The position numbers were made by a program, and so were the translations under genes. Shown here in pieces: positions 41,535-50,318 of a stretch of 60,124 nucleotides of DNA. Location of the stretch: assembly GCA_038063735.1 (NCBI GenBank), contig JBBTUN010000010.1:1-60124 (forward strand), in the 5' to 3' direction. How positions within the stretch are numbered: position 1 is the first letter of the stretch; each line of letters starts with the position of its first letter. This DNA comes from Patescibacteria group bacterium. GTDB lineage: Bacteria; Patescibacteriota; Microgenomatia; Curtissbacterales; GWA2-41-24. The notes under the pieces are model-generated. The model was not told where the DNA came from. It saw only the letters and a list, made by a program, of their open reading frames with translations, and ran no database searches.

Positions 41535-41911
41535 AAAAAAGAAAACCGACAGTGGCCAAAAAGTTTTTTGTACTAGGGACCGTGATGTTGTGGTTTATCA
41601 TAGTTGTATTTTCTTTGTATGTTCTAAAAGTCGGCGGCCACTTAAAACCCAAAGCGGCTGGTGTTGAAAATGCCGGGTTTAATGTAAGCGGTCGGGTTAC
41701 TTTTGATGGTAAAGCTGCTGCGGGTGCGAAAATTACAGCTAATGGTGGTGACACAAATAATTATACTTATACGGATTCCAGTGGAAACTTCTCCTTTGAA
41801 GGGTTGTTCGGAACTTACGCGTTAAGGATAGAAAAAGAGGGTTACAAATCTACCGAAGTAAATGTAGTCGCCCAAGACGGTGAGTTTCAAAATATTGCTT
41901 TATTTAAGTAA
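41531..41911 (+). CDS. carboxypeptidase-regulatory-like (CarboxypepD_reg) domain protein
   Basis: 'VSGRVTFDGKAAAGAKITA...YTDSSGNFSFEGLFGTYALRIEKEGYKS'. ATGA overlap with the upstream gene. Confidence 0.6.
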   Translation: MKKRKPTVAKKFFVLGTVMLWFIIVVFSLYVLKVGGHLKPKAAGVENAGFNVSGRVTFDGKAAAGAKITANGGDTNNYTYTDSSGNFSFEGLFGTYALRIEKEGYKSTEVNVVAQDGEFQNIALFK

Positions 41912-41981
41912 ATTAGTAAAAACGACTAACGTTTTGTATTCTCTAATCATTGGGATTAAAAATTCCGTTAGTCGTTTTTGA

Positions 41982-42572
41982 TTACTTTAGTTCAACTTTA
42001 GCACCCGCGGTTTCTAATTTTGTTTTAGCTTCGCTTGCTGCTTCTTTACCAACGCCTTCCAAAACAGTCTTTGGTGCACTATCGACCAAGGTTTTTGCTT
42101 CTGCAAGGCCTAGGGTGGGAACAAGTTCCCGGACGGCTTTGATTACCGAGATTTTATTTGCTCCGCCATCTGCAAGTACAACATTAAATGTTGTTTGTTC
42201 GGATGCGCCTTCATCGCCACCTGCCGGTGCTCCTGCTGCTGCAACTGCCATGGGGGCTGCTGCGGAAACTCCGAATTTTTCCTCAAGAGCATGAACCAGT
42301 TCTGAAAGTTCAAGCACAGAAAGTTCTTCAATTGATTTGATGATCTTTTCGAGATTTGCGGATACTGCCTTTGTTGGCTTTGATACCGCTTTTTTTTCTT
42401 CTTTTGCTTCTTTGTTAATTTCTGCTTTTACTTCTTGAACAGCTTCTTTAGCGTCACTAGCTGCGTCTGCCGCCTTTTCTGCTGATTTTTCAGCATCTTG
42501 GGCAGCCCCTTGTGCTTCTGTGGTAGCTTTTTCTGCCTGATCGTTTTGTGGTTTTTGATCGTCATCTGCCAT
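41982..42572 (-). CDS. rplL: ribosomal protein bL12 (L7/L12) with an N-terminal extension of about 70 aa
   Basis: The C-terminal 125 aa are canonical ('[29 protein letters not shown]...[54 protein letters not shown]'). The ATG at 42572 is preceded by GGGAGGTGA. Confidence 0.9.
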   Translation of the reverse strand: MADDDQKPQNDQAEKATTEAQGAAQDAEKSAEKAADAASDAKEAVQEVKAEINKEAKEEKKAVSKPTKAVSANLEKIIKSIEELSVLELSELVHALEEKFGVSAAAPMAVAAAGAPAGGDEGASEQTTFNVVLADGGANKISVIKAVRELVPTLGLAEAKTLVDSAPKTVLEGVGKEAASEAKTKLETAGAKVELK

Positions 42573-42595
42573 ATTACTTTGTCACCTCCCTTGAA

Positions 42596-42630
42596 AGTTT
42601 ATAGTTTATAGTTAACGGTTCATGGTTCAT
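42596..42630. repeat. heptamer array filling the rplJ-rplL spacer
   Basis: agtttat agtttat agttaac ggttcat ggttcat. The last unit contains the rplJ stop codon. Confidence 0.9.
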
Positions 42631-43175
42631 TGGGATTTGCTTTCTTTTATTGCGTTGAGTGCATAGACTAGGTTTCTTAGGTTTGCCCCCAGGACAGAAA
42701 TAATTCCATAAATTGGGGCATTGAGCGATCCAACAACTTTTGCGCGCAGTACATCTTTTGATGGAATCTTTGAAATTTCTTCAACTCTTGCACTTTCTAA
42801 AAAGTCAGAGCCAAAGAAACCAAACTTGAAAATGGGTAAGCCTAGTGTTTTGTTGCTTTCTGAGGTAATTTTTATAGGTGCTATTTCGTCGTCGTATGCA
42901 AGAACGGTTGCAGTTGGGCCAACCAGGTGTGTCTCTTGTTGATCTTTTGATATTTTATGGCCGGAAGACTTGAGAGAAAGTTTTATTAAATTATTTTTTT
43001 CGACGAGAAATTCGCCTCCGGCTACTTTAATTTTTGCGCGGAGGTCGGCTATTTGGTTTGCAGTAAGACCGCGGTAATCTGCAAAAGTTACAGTTTTTGC
43101 CCTTGCGAATTTTTCCGTAAGACTTTGAACCTTTTCTTCTTTAATTTCGCGTGCTGTTTTGTCGTGTTTTTTCAT
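42627..43175 (-). CDS. rplJ: ribosomal protein uL10
   Basis: 'KVQSLTEKFARAKTVTFADYRGLTANQIADLRAKIKVAGGEFLVEKNNL'. The start is taken at the ATG at 43175; the ORF track starts at a TTG at 43190. Confidence 0.9.
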   Translation of the reverse strand: MKKHDKTAREIKEEKVQSLTEKFARAKTVTFADYRGLTANQIADLRAKIKVAGGEFLVEKNNLIKLSLKSSGHKISKDQQETHLVGPTATVLAYDDEIAPIKITSESNKTLGLPIFKFGFFGSDFLESARVEEISKIPSKDVLRAKVVGSLNAPIYGIISVLGANLRNLVYALNAIKESKSQ

Positions 43176-43185
43176 TTTATTTAGT

Positions 43186-43215
43186 TCCAAAGAAAAACGC
43201 CTTCAAAGAGGCGTT
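43186..43215 (-). terminator. short hairpin plus U-run just upstream of rplJ (possible L10-leader-type attenuator)
   Basis: On the minus strand: ACGCCU-cuuuga-AGGCGU followed by UUUUCUUU. Confidence 0.35.
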
Positions 43216-43389
43216 GATTAGTCAAAAAGTTTAAATTTTTGATCTTTTTCTTCCTCCTTCGCAAAAAGCTTCGGAGGACTTCGCCTGCGCAGCCTGATTA
43301 AGCTTTTGGGGCCGCTGCGGTCTTTGGACTCGAAAGAAGAATATCAGTTGAGGGAAGGTTTGTCAATCAGCGCCTTGGGAGTACGAAAA

Positions 43390-43437
43390 AAGCCTCAAAG
43401 TAGAGCCATTTATTGCAGGCTAAAAAATTTGAGGCTT
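43390..43437 (-). terminator. hairpin with flanking T/A runs (bidirectional terminator shape)
   Basis: The arms aagcctcaaa (43390-43399) and tttgaggctt (43428-43437) have an A-run on one side and a T-run on the other. It lies immediately downstream of the micro-ORF. Confidence 0.45.
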
Positions 43438-43445
43438 TTTCTTTC

Positions 43446-43538
43446 TTACATTGCTTTTTCCTCTTCTTTTTCCTCTTCTTCTTCGTCTTTTTCTTCTTCG
43501 TCTTCTCCGTCAGTTGTTACAGTTGTGTCATCGATCAT
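43446..43538 (-). CDS. 30-aa highly acidic micro-ORF (unannotated in the track)
   Basis: The ATG at 43538 is preceded by AAGGAGGTGAT with a spacer of about 5 nt. The peptide is MIDDTTVTTDGEDEEEKDEEEEEKEEEKAM, with stop TAA at 43448-43446. Confidence 0.4.
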   Translation of the reverse strand: MIDDTTVTTDGEDEEEKDEEEEEKEEEKAM

Positions 43539-43849
43539 TTAATATCACCTCCTTTTTGGCTCCATTTTATGGATGCTCTATTATTTCTCTAGAGGGACAA
43601 CCTGCGGTTTTCCCTTTTGTATTGCCCTTTCCCCTGTGGAAAATTTTGTACAGACAAAGCCTGATACAAAATTGACTTTAGGTTATTAAACTAAAACCCT
43701 TTTTTCTCCTCGCCACAGAACACGACACGAAGGCAGTAGGGGAAATTGGTAGGGGAAAATTATCAGATGAGACAATGCTTTGTCAAGCTTGACAAAAATT
43801 TATCCGACATTAAATAAAAATGTTGATTTGTTTAGATTACTGGAGCAAT

Positions 43850-44758
43850 TTATTTGAGTGTAGGGACTTCTAATCTTATGCTTGGCCCCATCGAGGTTGT
43901 GAGTACAGCGCTGGTGATTTTTGAAAGTCCAATGGCACTAGTTAACGCTTTTACGTTTTGAGAAAGTTCATCCGGCTTTTGTGAAACCTTGCCTATTTTT
44001 GTATGAATAATAGGTGCGGTAGGGTCACTTTTTATGACAGCTTTTGTGTCGGGAGGCGCGTCCAAAAATTTCTCCGGTGTTTCTGTTACCGTGCCATTTT
44101 TTGGATTTGGCATTAAGCCTTTTGGTCCCAGGATTTTCGCAACTTTTGCCAAGATTGGCATGAATTTAGGTGTGGCGACTACCTGATCAAAATCGCGAGT
44201 TGCTTTTAGCGCACCGCTTTCTATGTCTGCAATTGTTTTATCTGTGGCCCAAATAATTCCTTTGTTGTCCGTGTCCTTCTTTTTGTCTGAAAAAATTAAA
44301 ACCTTTTTTTGTTTAACTTCGGTTTTGAGGTGAGGCATGGACAAGCTGACTTTTAAGTTTTTATCCGTGACATTTAGGTGAATTTCGACGGTTGAATCGA
44401 ATTTTGTAGTGGCGGTTTTGGGCAGTATATCCAGTGCGTCTGCTAAGGTATAATTTTTATCTTCGACTAAGGCTTTTGCAGCCAAATATTTAGCCCCTTT
44501 GTGATGAGTGCTCTTTTTTGTTTTTGTTGGCTTTGGCTTTGCTGCTGGTGTCTCTTCTTTTAACTCTGCCTGATTTTGGCCAGACAAATCTTTTTGCTCT
44601 TCGGGCGTTTCTGCCCGGGGGACCTGTTCTTGAGAAGGAACTTCTTCCTTTTTAACTTTTGCATTTATGCCAACGAGTTTTTCGGCATGCTTTCTTGCAG
44701 TTTTAATTTCTTTATCCTGTGAGGACAAATCGATGACCTTAACTCTTGTCGTTCCCAT
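43850..44758 (-). CDS. rplA: ribosomal protein uL1 with an N-terminal extension of about 80 aa
   Basis: The canonical part starts near 'KGAKYLAAKALVEDKNYTLADALDILPK...' and includes 'LGPKGLMPNPKNGTVT'. Confidence 0.9.
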   Translation of the reverse strand: MGTTRVKVIDLSSQDKEIKTARKHAEKLVGINAKVKKEEVPSQEQVPRAETPEEQKDLSGQNQAELKEETPAAKPKPTKTKKSTHHKGAKYLAAKALVEDKNYTLADALDILPKTATTKFDSTVEIHLNVTDKNLKVSLSMPHLKTEVKQKKVLIFSDKKKDTDNKGIIWATDKTIADIESGALKATRDFDQVVATPKFMPILAKVAKILGPKGLMPNPKNGTVTETPEKFLDAPPDTKAVIKSDPTAPIIHTKIGKVSQKPDELSQNVKALTSAIGLSKITSAVLTTSMGPSIRLEVPTLK

Positions 44759-44764
44759 GTTTAC

Positions 44765-45187
44765 TTACGCCAGCTCAACTCCCATTGAGCGTGCAGTTCC
44801 TTGTACAATTTTTACAGCAGCGTCTAAATTTGTAGTGTTAAGGTCGGGCATTTTTTCCTCTGCTATTTTTTTGGCTTGATCCAAAGTTAGTTTCCCAACT
44901 GTTTGTTTGCCGGTGGTTTGAGCACCCTTTTCTAAATTAAGAGCCTTTTTTATAAGTATGGCCACAGGCGGTTTTTTAACGATAAAGGCGAATGTTCTGT
45001 CTTCAAAAATTGTTATGACCACAGGCAGCGGAGTTCCTTGCTGCTCTTTAGTTCTTTCGTTGAAGGCTTTAACAAAGTCCATAATTGGAACTCCCTGTGG
45101 AGAAAGGGCTGTTCCCACAGGCGGTGCTGCGGTTGCCTGTCCGCCTTTTAAGGTTATTTTGACTAGTGCTTTTACCTTTTTTGCCAT
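44765..45187 (-). CDS. rplK: ribosomal protein uL11
   Basis: 'MAKKVKALVKITLKGGQATAAPPVGTALSPQGVPIMDFVKAFNERT'. Confidence 0.95.
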   Translation of the reverse strand: MAKKVKALVKITLKGGQATAAPPVGTALSPQGVPIMDFVKAFNERTKEQQGTPLPVVITIFEDRTFAFIVKKPPVAILIKKALNLEKGAQTTGKQTVGKLTLDQAKKIAEEKMPDLNTTNLDAAVKIVQGTARSMGVELA

Positions 45188-45292
45188 ATTAAAGGATAGT
45201 GCAGATAATAGCAGATTTGCGCTGATTTTTCCAGAAGCTTAAACTCTCGAACTATATTTTTCGATTATTGGTTAATTTAGGGTTTCTAAGGT

Positions 45293-46195
45293 TTAATCAC
45301 TTTCCAAGGCGTCGTATATTGCTTTGGATAAGGCGGCTATGTTTTCAGCTGCGTCAGCAGGTGCCGGAGTCTGGGATAAAAATACAAATATATAATCACT
45401 TTTTTTACCGACTACTATTGCGGCATCATGCCGAAAATTATCGAGCTCTCCCGTTTTGTGGCCGACTTTTACATCTTTTGGTAAGTATCTTGGTATCCTA
45501 TCGTTTATTTTTTGCTTAAAAAGCAAGAGACTCATCTCGCTTGAGGCTTGCCTGGAAACGGCAGTTTTGGTGTATATCCTCTCTAAAATTTGCGCTGTAG
45601 CACTGGCAGTTGTTTCAGGATAATCTTGAATAGTTAGATTGAAGCCGTTTATTCCTTTGTTTTTAAGGAATGTGTCGGTTTTTGCCCAGCCCACTTTTTC
45701 GGCCAAGAGAATTGCCGAGTTATTGTCAGAAATAGTGATCATGCTCTCCAACGCTTTTCCAACAGTTAACCCTGGCGCAAGTTCAAGGTTTTTTTGAAGT
45801 TCGCCTTTGTCCAGGGAATCGTAGACCTTGTACATTACGGCGAGTTTATAAATACTGGCGCTTGCGAAAGTATCTGTCGCGTTTATTTCATAGGTATGAT
45901 TTTTTTTGAGGTTCTTGATTACAACTGCGTATTTACCAGGGAGGTTTATTACAGAGCTTTCCAGTAACTGCTGGATTTTTTGATTGGTGTCTTTTACTAG
46001 TGGCGGTGTTGGTTTTGTTGTTGATTTTTGGATCGGGGGTGAGAAGGAAGGAGTTTGTATATTCCCTTGCCCATTTTCATTTTTTTTGTAAAAAACGGTG
46101 AATAAGAAAATGATTATGGCGCATATCAGCAGGATTTTTGGAAGCCACGGATAATGAGATTTTTTAGAGAATTTTTTTATGTATCGGTATCGCAC
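45293..46195 (-). CDS. class A beta-lactamase-like serine hydrolase (membrane-anchored)
   Basis: SxxK ('SASIYK'), SDN ('ISDNNS') and KTG ('HKTGEL') motifs in the canonical order. N-terminal TM helix. Confidence 0.7.
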   Translation of the reverse strand: MRYRYIKKFSKKSHYPWLPKILLICAIIIFLFTVFYKKNENGQGNIQTPSFSPPIQKSTTKPTPPLVKDTNQKIQQLLESSVINLPGKYAVVIKNLKKNHTYEINATDTFASASIYKLAVMYKVYDSLDKGELQKNLELAPGLTVGKALESMITISDNNSAILLAEKVGWAKTDTFLKNKGINGFNLTIQDYPETTASATAQILERIYTKTAVSRQASSEMSLLLFKQKINDRIPRYLPKDVKVGHKTGELDNFRHDAAIVVGKKSDYIFVFLSQTPAPADAAENIAALSKAIYDALESD

Positions 46196-46236
46196 TTTAC
46201 GACTTTAACAATTTTTGGTTTTAAATTGCAACGGAT

Positions 46237-47079
46237 TTAGAGTTTGGCGACTTGGAGAAAATCGAGCTCGACAGGAGTTTCCCGTCCGAAGATGGAGACT
46301 AACACTTTTAATTTGCCTTTTTCCTCATCAATTTCGGAAATCGTGCCTAAAAATTCGGAGAACGGCCCATCTGTAATTTTTACGGCTTCACCCTGGCCAA
46401 AAGCAGTTTTGAACTTAGGTGCTTCAAGACTCATGAAGCGCTTAATTGTTGCAACTTCGTCTTCCGGCAGGGGAGTTGGTTTGTTTGACGTGCCAATAAA
46501 GCCGGTTATGCCAGGAGTTGTGCGAACGGCAAGCCAGGTAAAATCGTCCAAGATCATATTAATAAGTAAGTAACCCGGGAATATTTTTTCTTTGACAGTA
46601 TTTTTTTTGCCTTCTTTAATTTCTATTTTGTCTTGAGTTGGGACAAGAATATCAACTATTTTGTCTTGCAGTTTTTGCGACTCGATTCTTTGCTTTAGAG
46701 TTGCAGCTACTTTGGATTCGTGACCGGAATAGGTGTGAACGACGTACCAATGGGTACCCTTTGAAACTGGGGTATCCACCGGGCGGGGTTTGGATTTTGG
46801 CTCGGAAGAATCGGTAGTGTCGGTAGAATCAGTGGGTTCGGTGGGGGTAGTAGAGTCTGTGCTGTCGGTTGGATCGGTAGATTCAGTAGAGTCAGTAACA
46901 TCGGTAGTGTCGGTAGTAACTTCGGGTTCCGTAGGTTTGTTGTGAGGTTCGTCGATAGGGTCGTTTACTGCATGAGCGTCATCGCTCAAATTTTCGTCAG
47001 GAGTGGCAGTAGATTCTTCTTCTACCTTTGTCTCTTCTGACTCATCTGTACCCTTATTGTTCTTGTCATCGTCTTGCAT
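46237..47079 (-). CDS. nusG: transcription elongation factor NusG with an acidic N-terminal extension of about 105 aa
   Basis: The NGN domain starts at '[15 protein letters not shown]'. The KOW domain is '[22 protein letters not shown]'. SD sequence AAGGGAGGA. The ATG directly abuts the secE stop. Confidence 0.9.
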   Translation of the reverse strand: MQDDDKNNKGTDESEETKVEEESTATPDENLSDDAHAVNDPIDEPHNKPTEPEVTTDTTDVTDSTESTDPTDSTDSTTPTEPTDSTDTTDSSEPKSKPRPVDTPVSKGTHWYVVHTYSGHESKVAATLKQRIESQKLQDKIVDILVPTQDKIEIKEGKKNTVKEKIFPGYLLINMILDDFTWLAVRTTPGITGFIGTSNKPTPLPEDEVATIKRFMSLEAPKFKTAFGQGEAVKITDGPFSEFLGTISEIDEEKGKLKVLVSIFGRETPVELDFLQVAKL

Positions 47080-47271
47080 TTATTGTCCTCCCTTTAGAAA
47101 TTTTTCCACCATTATTGTAAAAAATGCGTCAAGCCCAGAAATGTAGGCTCCAATTATGACCGAAACCATAAATACAAGAATTGTCAGCCTTATTGTTTCG
47201 GCGCGTGTTGGCCAAACTACTCTATCTAGTTCTGCTTTCGATTCCTTTATGTAGGTTATAGGATTGAACAT
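47080..47271 (-). CDS. secE: preprotein translocase subunit SecE
   Basis: 63 aa. 'ESKAELDRVVWPTRAETIRLTILVFMVSVIIGAYISGLD'. Confidence 0.85.
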   Translation of the reverse strand: MFNPITYIKESKAELDRVVWPTRAETIRLTILVFMVSVIIGAYISGLDAFFTIMVEKFLKGGQ

Positions 47272-47476
47272 TTTTTAATCCTTAAACAATCTATTAGGGT
47301 TAAAGCCACTAAAAAATCTCCCCTCAATTGTCAAGGTTGGTGAGTATGATAACAGAAGTATCAAAAGTAGTACAAGTATCAAAGGTAAAGAGACGGAGGG
47401 AACAGAATGGATATGGGAGTCAAAAGAACAGTAGGTTGATTTGGGATACGCATTTGGAGGATAATTTTGGTTATCT

Positions 47477-48361
47477 ATGAAAAAGGTTAGAAAGGCCGTT
47501 ATACCGGCAGCCGGTTTTGGAACCAGGTTTTTGCCTGCAACAAAAGCCATGCCCAAGGAAATGCTGCCGATTGTAGATAAGCCGATTATTCAGTATGTGG
47601 TTGAGGAAGCAATTGAGGCGGGGATTGAGCAGATAATTTTGGTTACCGGTTGGCACAAGCGGGCGATCGAGGACCATTTTGATAAACATTTTGAACTTGA
47701 AGCGAGACTGGAGAAGGATGGAAAGATGGAGTTACTTGAGGAGGTCAGGCGAATTTCGGAACTAGCTAACTTTGTCTACGTTCGCCAGAAAGAAGCGCTT
47801 GGTAATGGGCATGCACTTTTGGTGGCGAAGGAAATTGTTGGAGACGAACCTGTTGTGATGCTTTGGGGGGATGATTTTGTGGCAGCAGAGCCATCCAGGA
47901 CAAAACAAATGATTGCAGCGTATGAAAAATACGGCACATCAATTTTATCCGGAATTCGCACGACGGATCCGGGTGACACAAAAAAATATGGATATGTTGG
48001 CGGACGCGACGTTGGTGATGGGGTTATTGAAATAGACCAGTTTATAGAAAAACCCGGGCCAGATAAGGCACCTTCTAACCTGGCTGTGGTTTCGGGGTTT
48101 TTGTTTACACCCGATATTTTTGAGGCGTTGGAGCGGGCGATACCGGAAACAATAGATCGCGGGAACGAGCTTTATTATGTTGATGGAGTTAACAATCTGA
48201 TGAAGGATGGCAAGAAGGTGCACGCGATAGAAGTTAAAAACAGTAAATATTATGATTGTGGTAGTAAGGTTGGTTATTTAAAGACGGTTGTAGATTACGG
48301 CTTAAAACATGAAGATGTGAGAGAAGAGTTTAGCGACTACCTTAAGAAACTGGATTTGTAA
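47477..48361 (+). CDS. galU: UTP-glucose-1-phosphate uridylyltransferase
   Basis: 'KAVIPAAGFGTRFLPATKAMPKEMLPIVDKPIIQY'. Confidence 0.9.
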   Translation: MKKVRKAVIPAAGFGTRFLPATKAMPKEMLPIVDKPIIQYVVEEAIEAGIEQIILVTGWHKRAIEDHFDKHFELEARLEKDGKMELLEEVRRISELANFVYVRQKEALGNGHALLVAKEIVGDEPVVMLWGDDFVAAEPSRTKQMIAAYEKYGTSILSGIRTTDPGDTKKYGYVGGRDVGDGVIEIDQFIEKPGPDKAPSNLAVVSGFLFTPDIFEALERAIPETIDRGNELYYVDGVNNLMKDGKKVHAIEVKNSKYYDCGSKVGYLKTVVDYGLKHEDVREEFSDYLKKLDL

Positions 48362-48405
48362 TAATTTTTGCAAAATTTTAGTCTTCAGATATAATCCTAA
48401 AGTAA

Positions 48406-48798
48406 ATGACAAAGCACTTGGCGATTTTGGGGAGTTGGGCAATTGAGGAGATATTTAGCGGTCGCAAAAAGATTGAGGGTAGATTCTCCAAAATTAAAAT
48501 TGATCCATTTGGAAAAGTTGCCCGTGGAGACGTCGTTCTTATGAAAATTCCCGGAGAAAAAATTGTAGGGCAATTTATAGTAGACAGGGTGATTTACTTT
48601 GATCATCCCAGAAGCGAAGAGGTAGAGCTTATCAAAGAAACTTATGGCCGCGAATTGGCGGTGCCAGTGGGGTTTTGGCAGGAACACGAGAAAGTTAATT
48701 TTGTAACTTTAATGTTTATTAAAAGTGCTACCAAGTTTATTGTGGCTCCTGTTGTTAAGAAAAAGGATTTAAGGCCCTGGGTGGTGCTGGAACAATGA
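48406..48798 (+). CDS. ASCH/PUA-like domain protein (tentative)
   Basis: 130 aa. 'WAIEEIFSGRKKIEGRFSK...GDVVLMK..GEKIVGQF' resembles ASCH domains. Confidence 0.3.
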   Translation: MTKHLAILGSWAIEEIFSGRKKIEGRFSKIKIDPFGKVARGDVVLMKIPGEKIVGQFIVDRVIYFDHPRSEEVELIKETYGRELAVPVGFWQEHEKVNFVTLMFIKSATKFIVAPVVKKKDLRPWVVLEQ

Positions 48799-48851
48799 CA
48801 AATGGCCAAACCCCAATGACAAAAATTTGGAGTTTGGAATTTTGTAATTGG

Positions 48852-49199
48852 TCATTTTTTGATTCTTATCTTCGGTTTGTCGATGCCGAAGGAATGGAGT
48901 CTGGCAGCCATTTTTTTTGAAGAGACAAAAATTGTGTCGCTCTGGTTTAGAAGTAGTTTTGTATAAAATCCGGGAATGGGTGGGTTAGAAAAGTTTTGCG
49001 CCCAGATAAATTTTTTTCCCATGAGCCTTGAAAATAATACGGCTGCCATTTGAGAGGCCTTGGGTTTTTCTACAAGAACAACATCTGCTTTTTTATTTCG
49101 CTTTATTTTTTTGAGAATTTTTTTAAAAGGAGTATTTGCACTTATTGTTAGTACGCTTTTTGAGGTTAGTACCAGTGTTTCTTTTTTTACATTTTCCAC
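48852..49199 (-). CDS. hypothetical protein (glycosyltransferase N-terminal-like fragment?)
   Basis: 115 aa with weak resemblance to GT4 N-terminal halves ('ADVVLVEKPKASQMAAVLFSRLMGKKFIW'). Confidence 0.25.
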   Translation of the reverse strand: MENVKKETLVLTSKSVLTISANTPFKKILKKIKRNKKADVVLVEKPKASQMAAVLFSRLMGKKFIWAQNFSNPPIPGFYTKLLLNQSDTIFVSSKKMAARLHSFGIDKPKIRIKK

Positions 49200-49421
49200 T
49201 TATGCAGACTGTGAGTCGATTTAAACCTAATTTGTTGTTTTTGGCAAGCCCCAAAATGAACATCCATATTTTGGGGGTAAAGGGGCAAAATATGTGATTT
49301 GACATTTTGTAACCGATACTAATATGATTAGTTTAGAAAGTTGAGTCCTTGCGCTTTAGATCTTCTTAATAGATACAAGAATGTTTTCCATAAAAATTTG
49401 ATGAAAGGAGTGTGATAGGTA

Positions 49422-49691
49422 ATGACAACTAAGTTATTTGTTGGGAATTTAGCGTATTCAATGACCTCCGACGACTTGCGGGCTGCGTTTGCAAAGGTTG
49501 GAGATGTACTTGACGCCAATGTCGTGATGGACAAGCAAACCGGCAGGTCCCGAGGTTTTGGTTTTGTTGAAATGAAAAGTGAGGAAGATGCTAAAAAGGC
49601 TATGGATACTCTAAACGGAACGGAAGTGGATGGCCGCAAGATTTTTGTGTCGGAAGCGAAACAAAAAGAAGAGAATCGTAACCAGGAGTAA
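49422..49691 (+). CDS. RRM-type RNA-binding protein
   Basis: RNP2 'LFVGNL' and RNP1 'RGFGFVEM'. Confidence 0.9.
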   Translation: MTTKLFVGNLAYSMTSDDLRAAFAKVGDVLDANVVMDKQTGRSRGFGFVEMKSEEDAKKAMDTLNGTEVDGRKIFVSEAKQKEENRNQE

Positions 49692-49693
49692 AT

Positions 49694-50245
49694 TTAATTT
49701 AACAATTCCCAATTTTTGAGGATTTGAAAAAAAACTGCCCTGTATTCTTGAGGGCTTGAAAAATAATTGTCTTGTGTTAACTCGACAAGGTAGTAGAGGT
49801 TGTTTTTCTTTGTAACTGCTGTTTTGAAGTAATTTGTGTCCTGATAGTAATAGAAGCTGTTGTTTCCAAATGTGGTGGGCTTGATATAGTACGGAATCTC
49901 AACGTTTTTTGTGACCGTAACTTTTAGCTTAACTTTATTTGATAAAAATTTTTCCACTACATCCGGAGGTTCTTTTTTGCTATCAATTTGAGTACCGACC
50001 CATTGTTTTGGGAAGTGAACTTTATATTTGTATGTTGAGTTCGTGTGTGCTGTCCACTTTTGGGCAGGATCCATTTTGGCGGACAAGGCTATAGTGCCAA
50101 AGCCCTCGTAGTGACTGTCTATTGCTGTTTCTACATCTGCCTGGGACTGGTTGAAAAACTTGGACAGATAAAGAATAGTTGCGGCTATGAAAAGAAATAT
50201 CAGAAGGGGAATGACGATATTCCCATTTTTTGTTTTTACCCTCAT
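49694..50245 (-). CDS. membrane-anchored hypothetical protein
   Basis: 183 aa with an N-terminal TM helix. Confidence 0.4.
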   Translation of the reverse strand: MRVKTKNGNIVIPLLIFLFIAATILYLSKFFNQSQADVETAIDSHYEGFGTIALSAKMDPAQKWTAHTNSTYKYKVHFPKQWVGTQIDSKKEPPDVVEKFLSNKVKLKVTVTKNVEIPYYIKPTTFGNNSFYYYQDTNYFKTAVTKKNNLYYLVELTQDNYFSSPQEYRAVFFQILKNWELLN

Positions 50246-50318
50246 TAATTTATGATTGCATAGATGTGGTTCTATTCCTAGCTTGATAAATTGTTAGGCT
50301 TATTGTTGGTTTCTTCAA

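Noticed and set aside
41950-42294. A plus-strand 114-aa ORF.
   Set aside because: It is antisense to the highly conserved rplL coding region. Its Ala/Ser-rich composition is a mirror of the bL12 Ala/Glu-rich sequence.
47272-47476. I looked for rpmG or tRNA-Trp immediately upstream of secE, which is a common arrangement.
   Set aside because: No tRNA-like acceptor or T-arm sequence and no L33-like ORF is present. Only a spurious 93-aa ORF (47275-47556) overlaps the galU start. rpmG and tRNA-Trp are found elsewhere, at 56858 and 53141.
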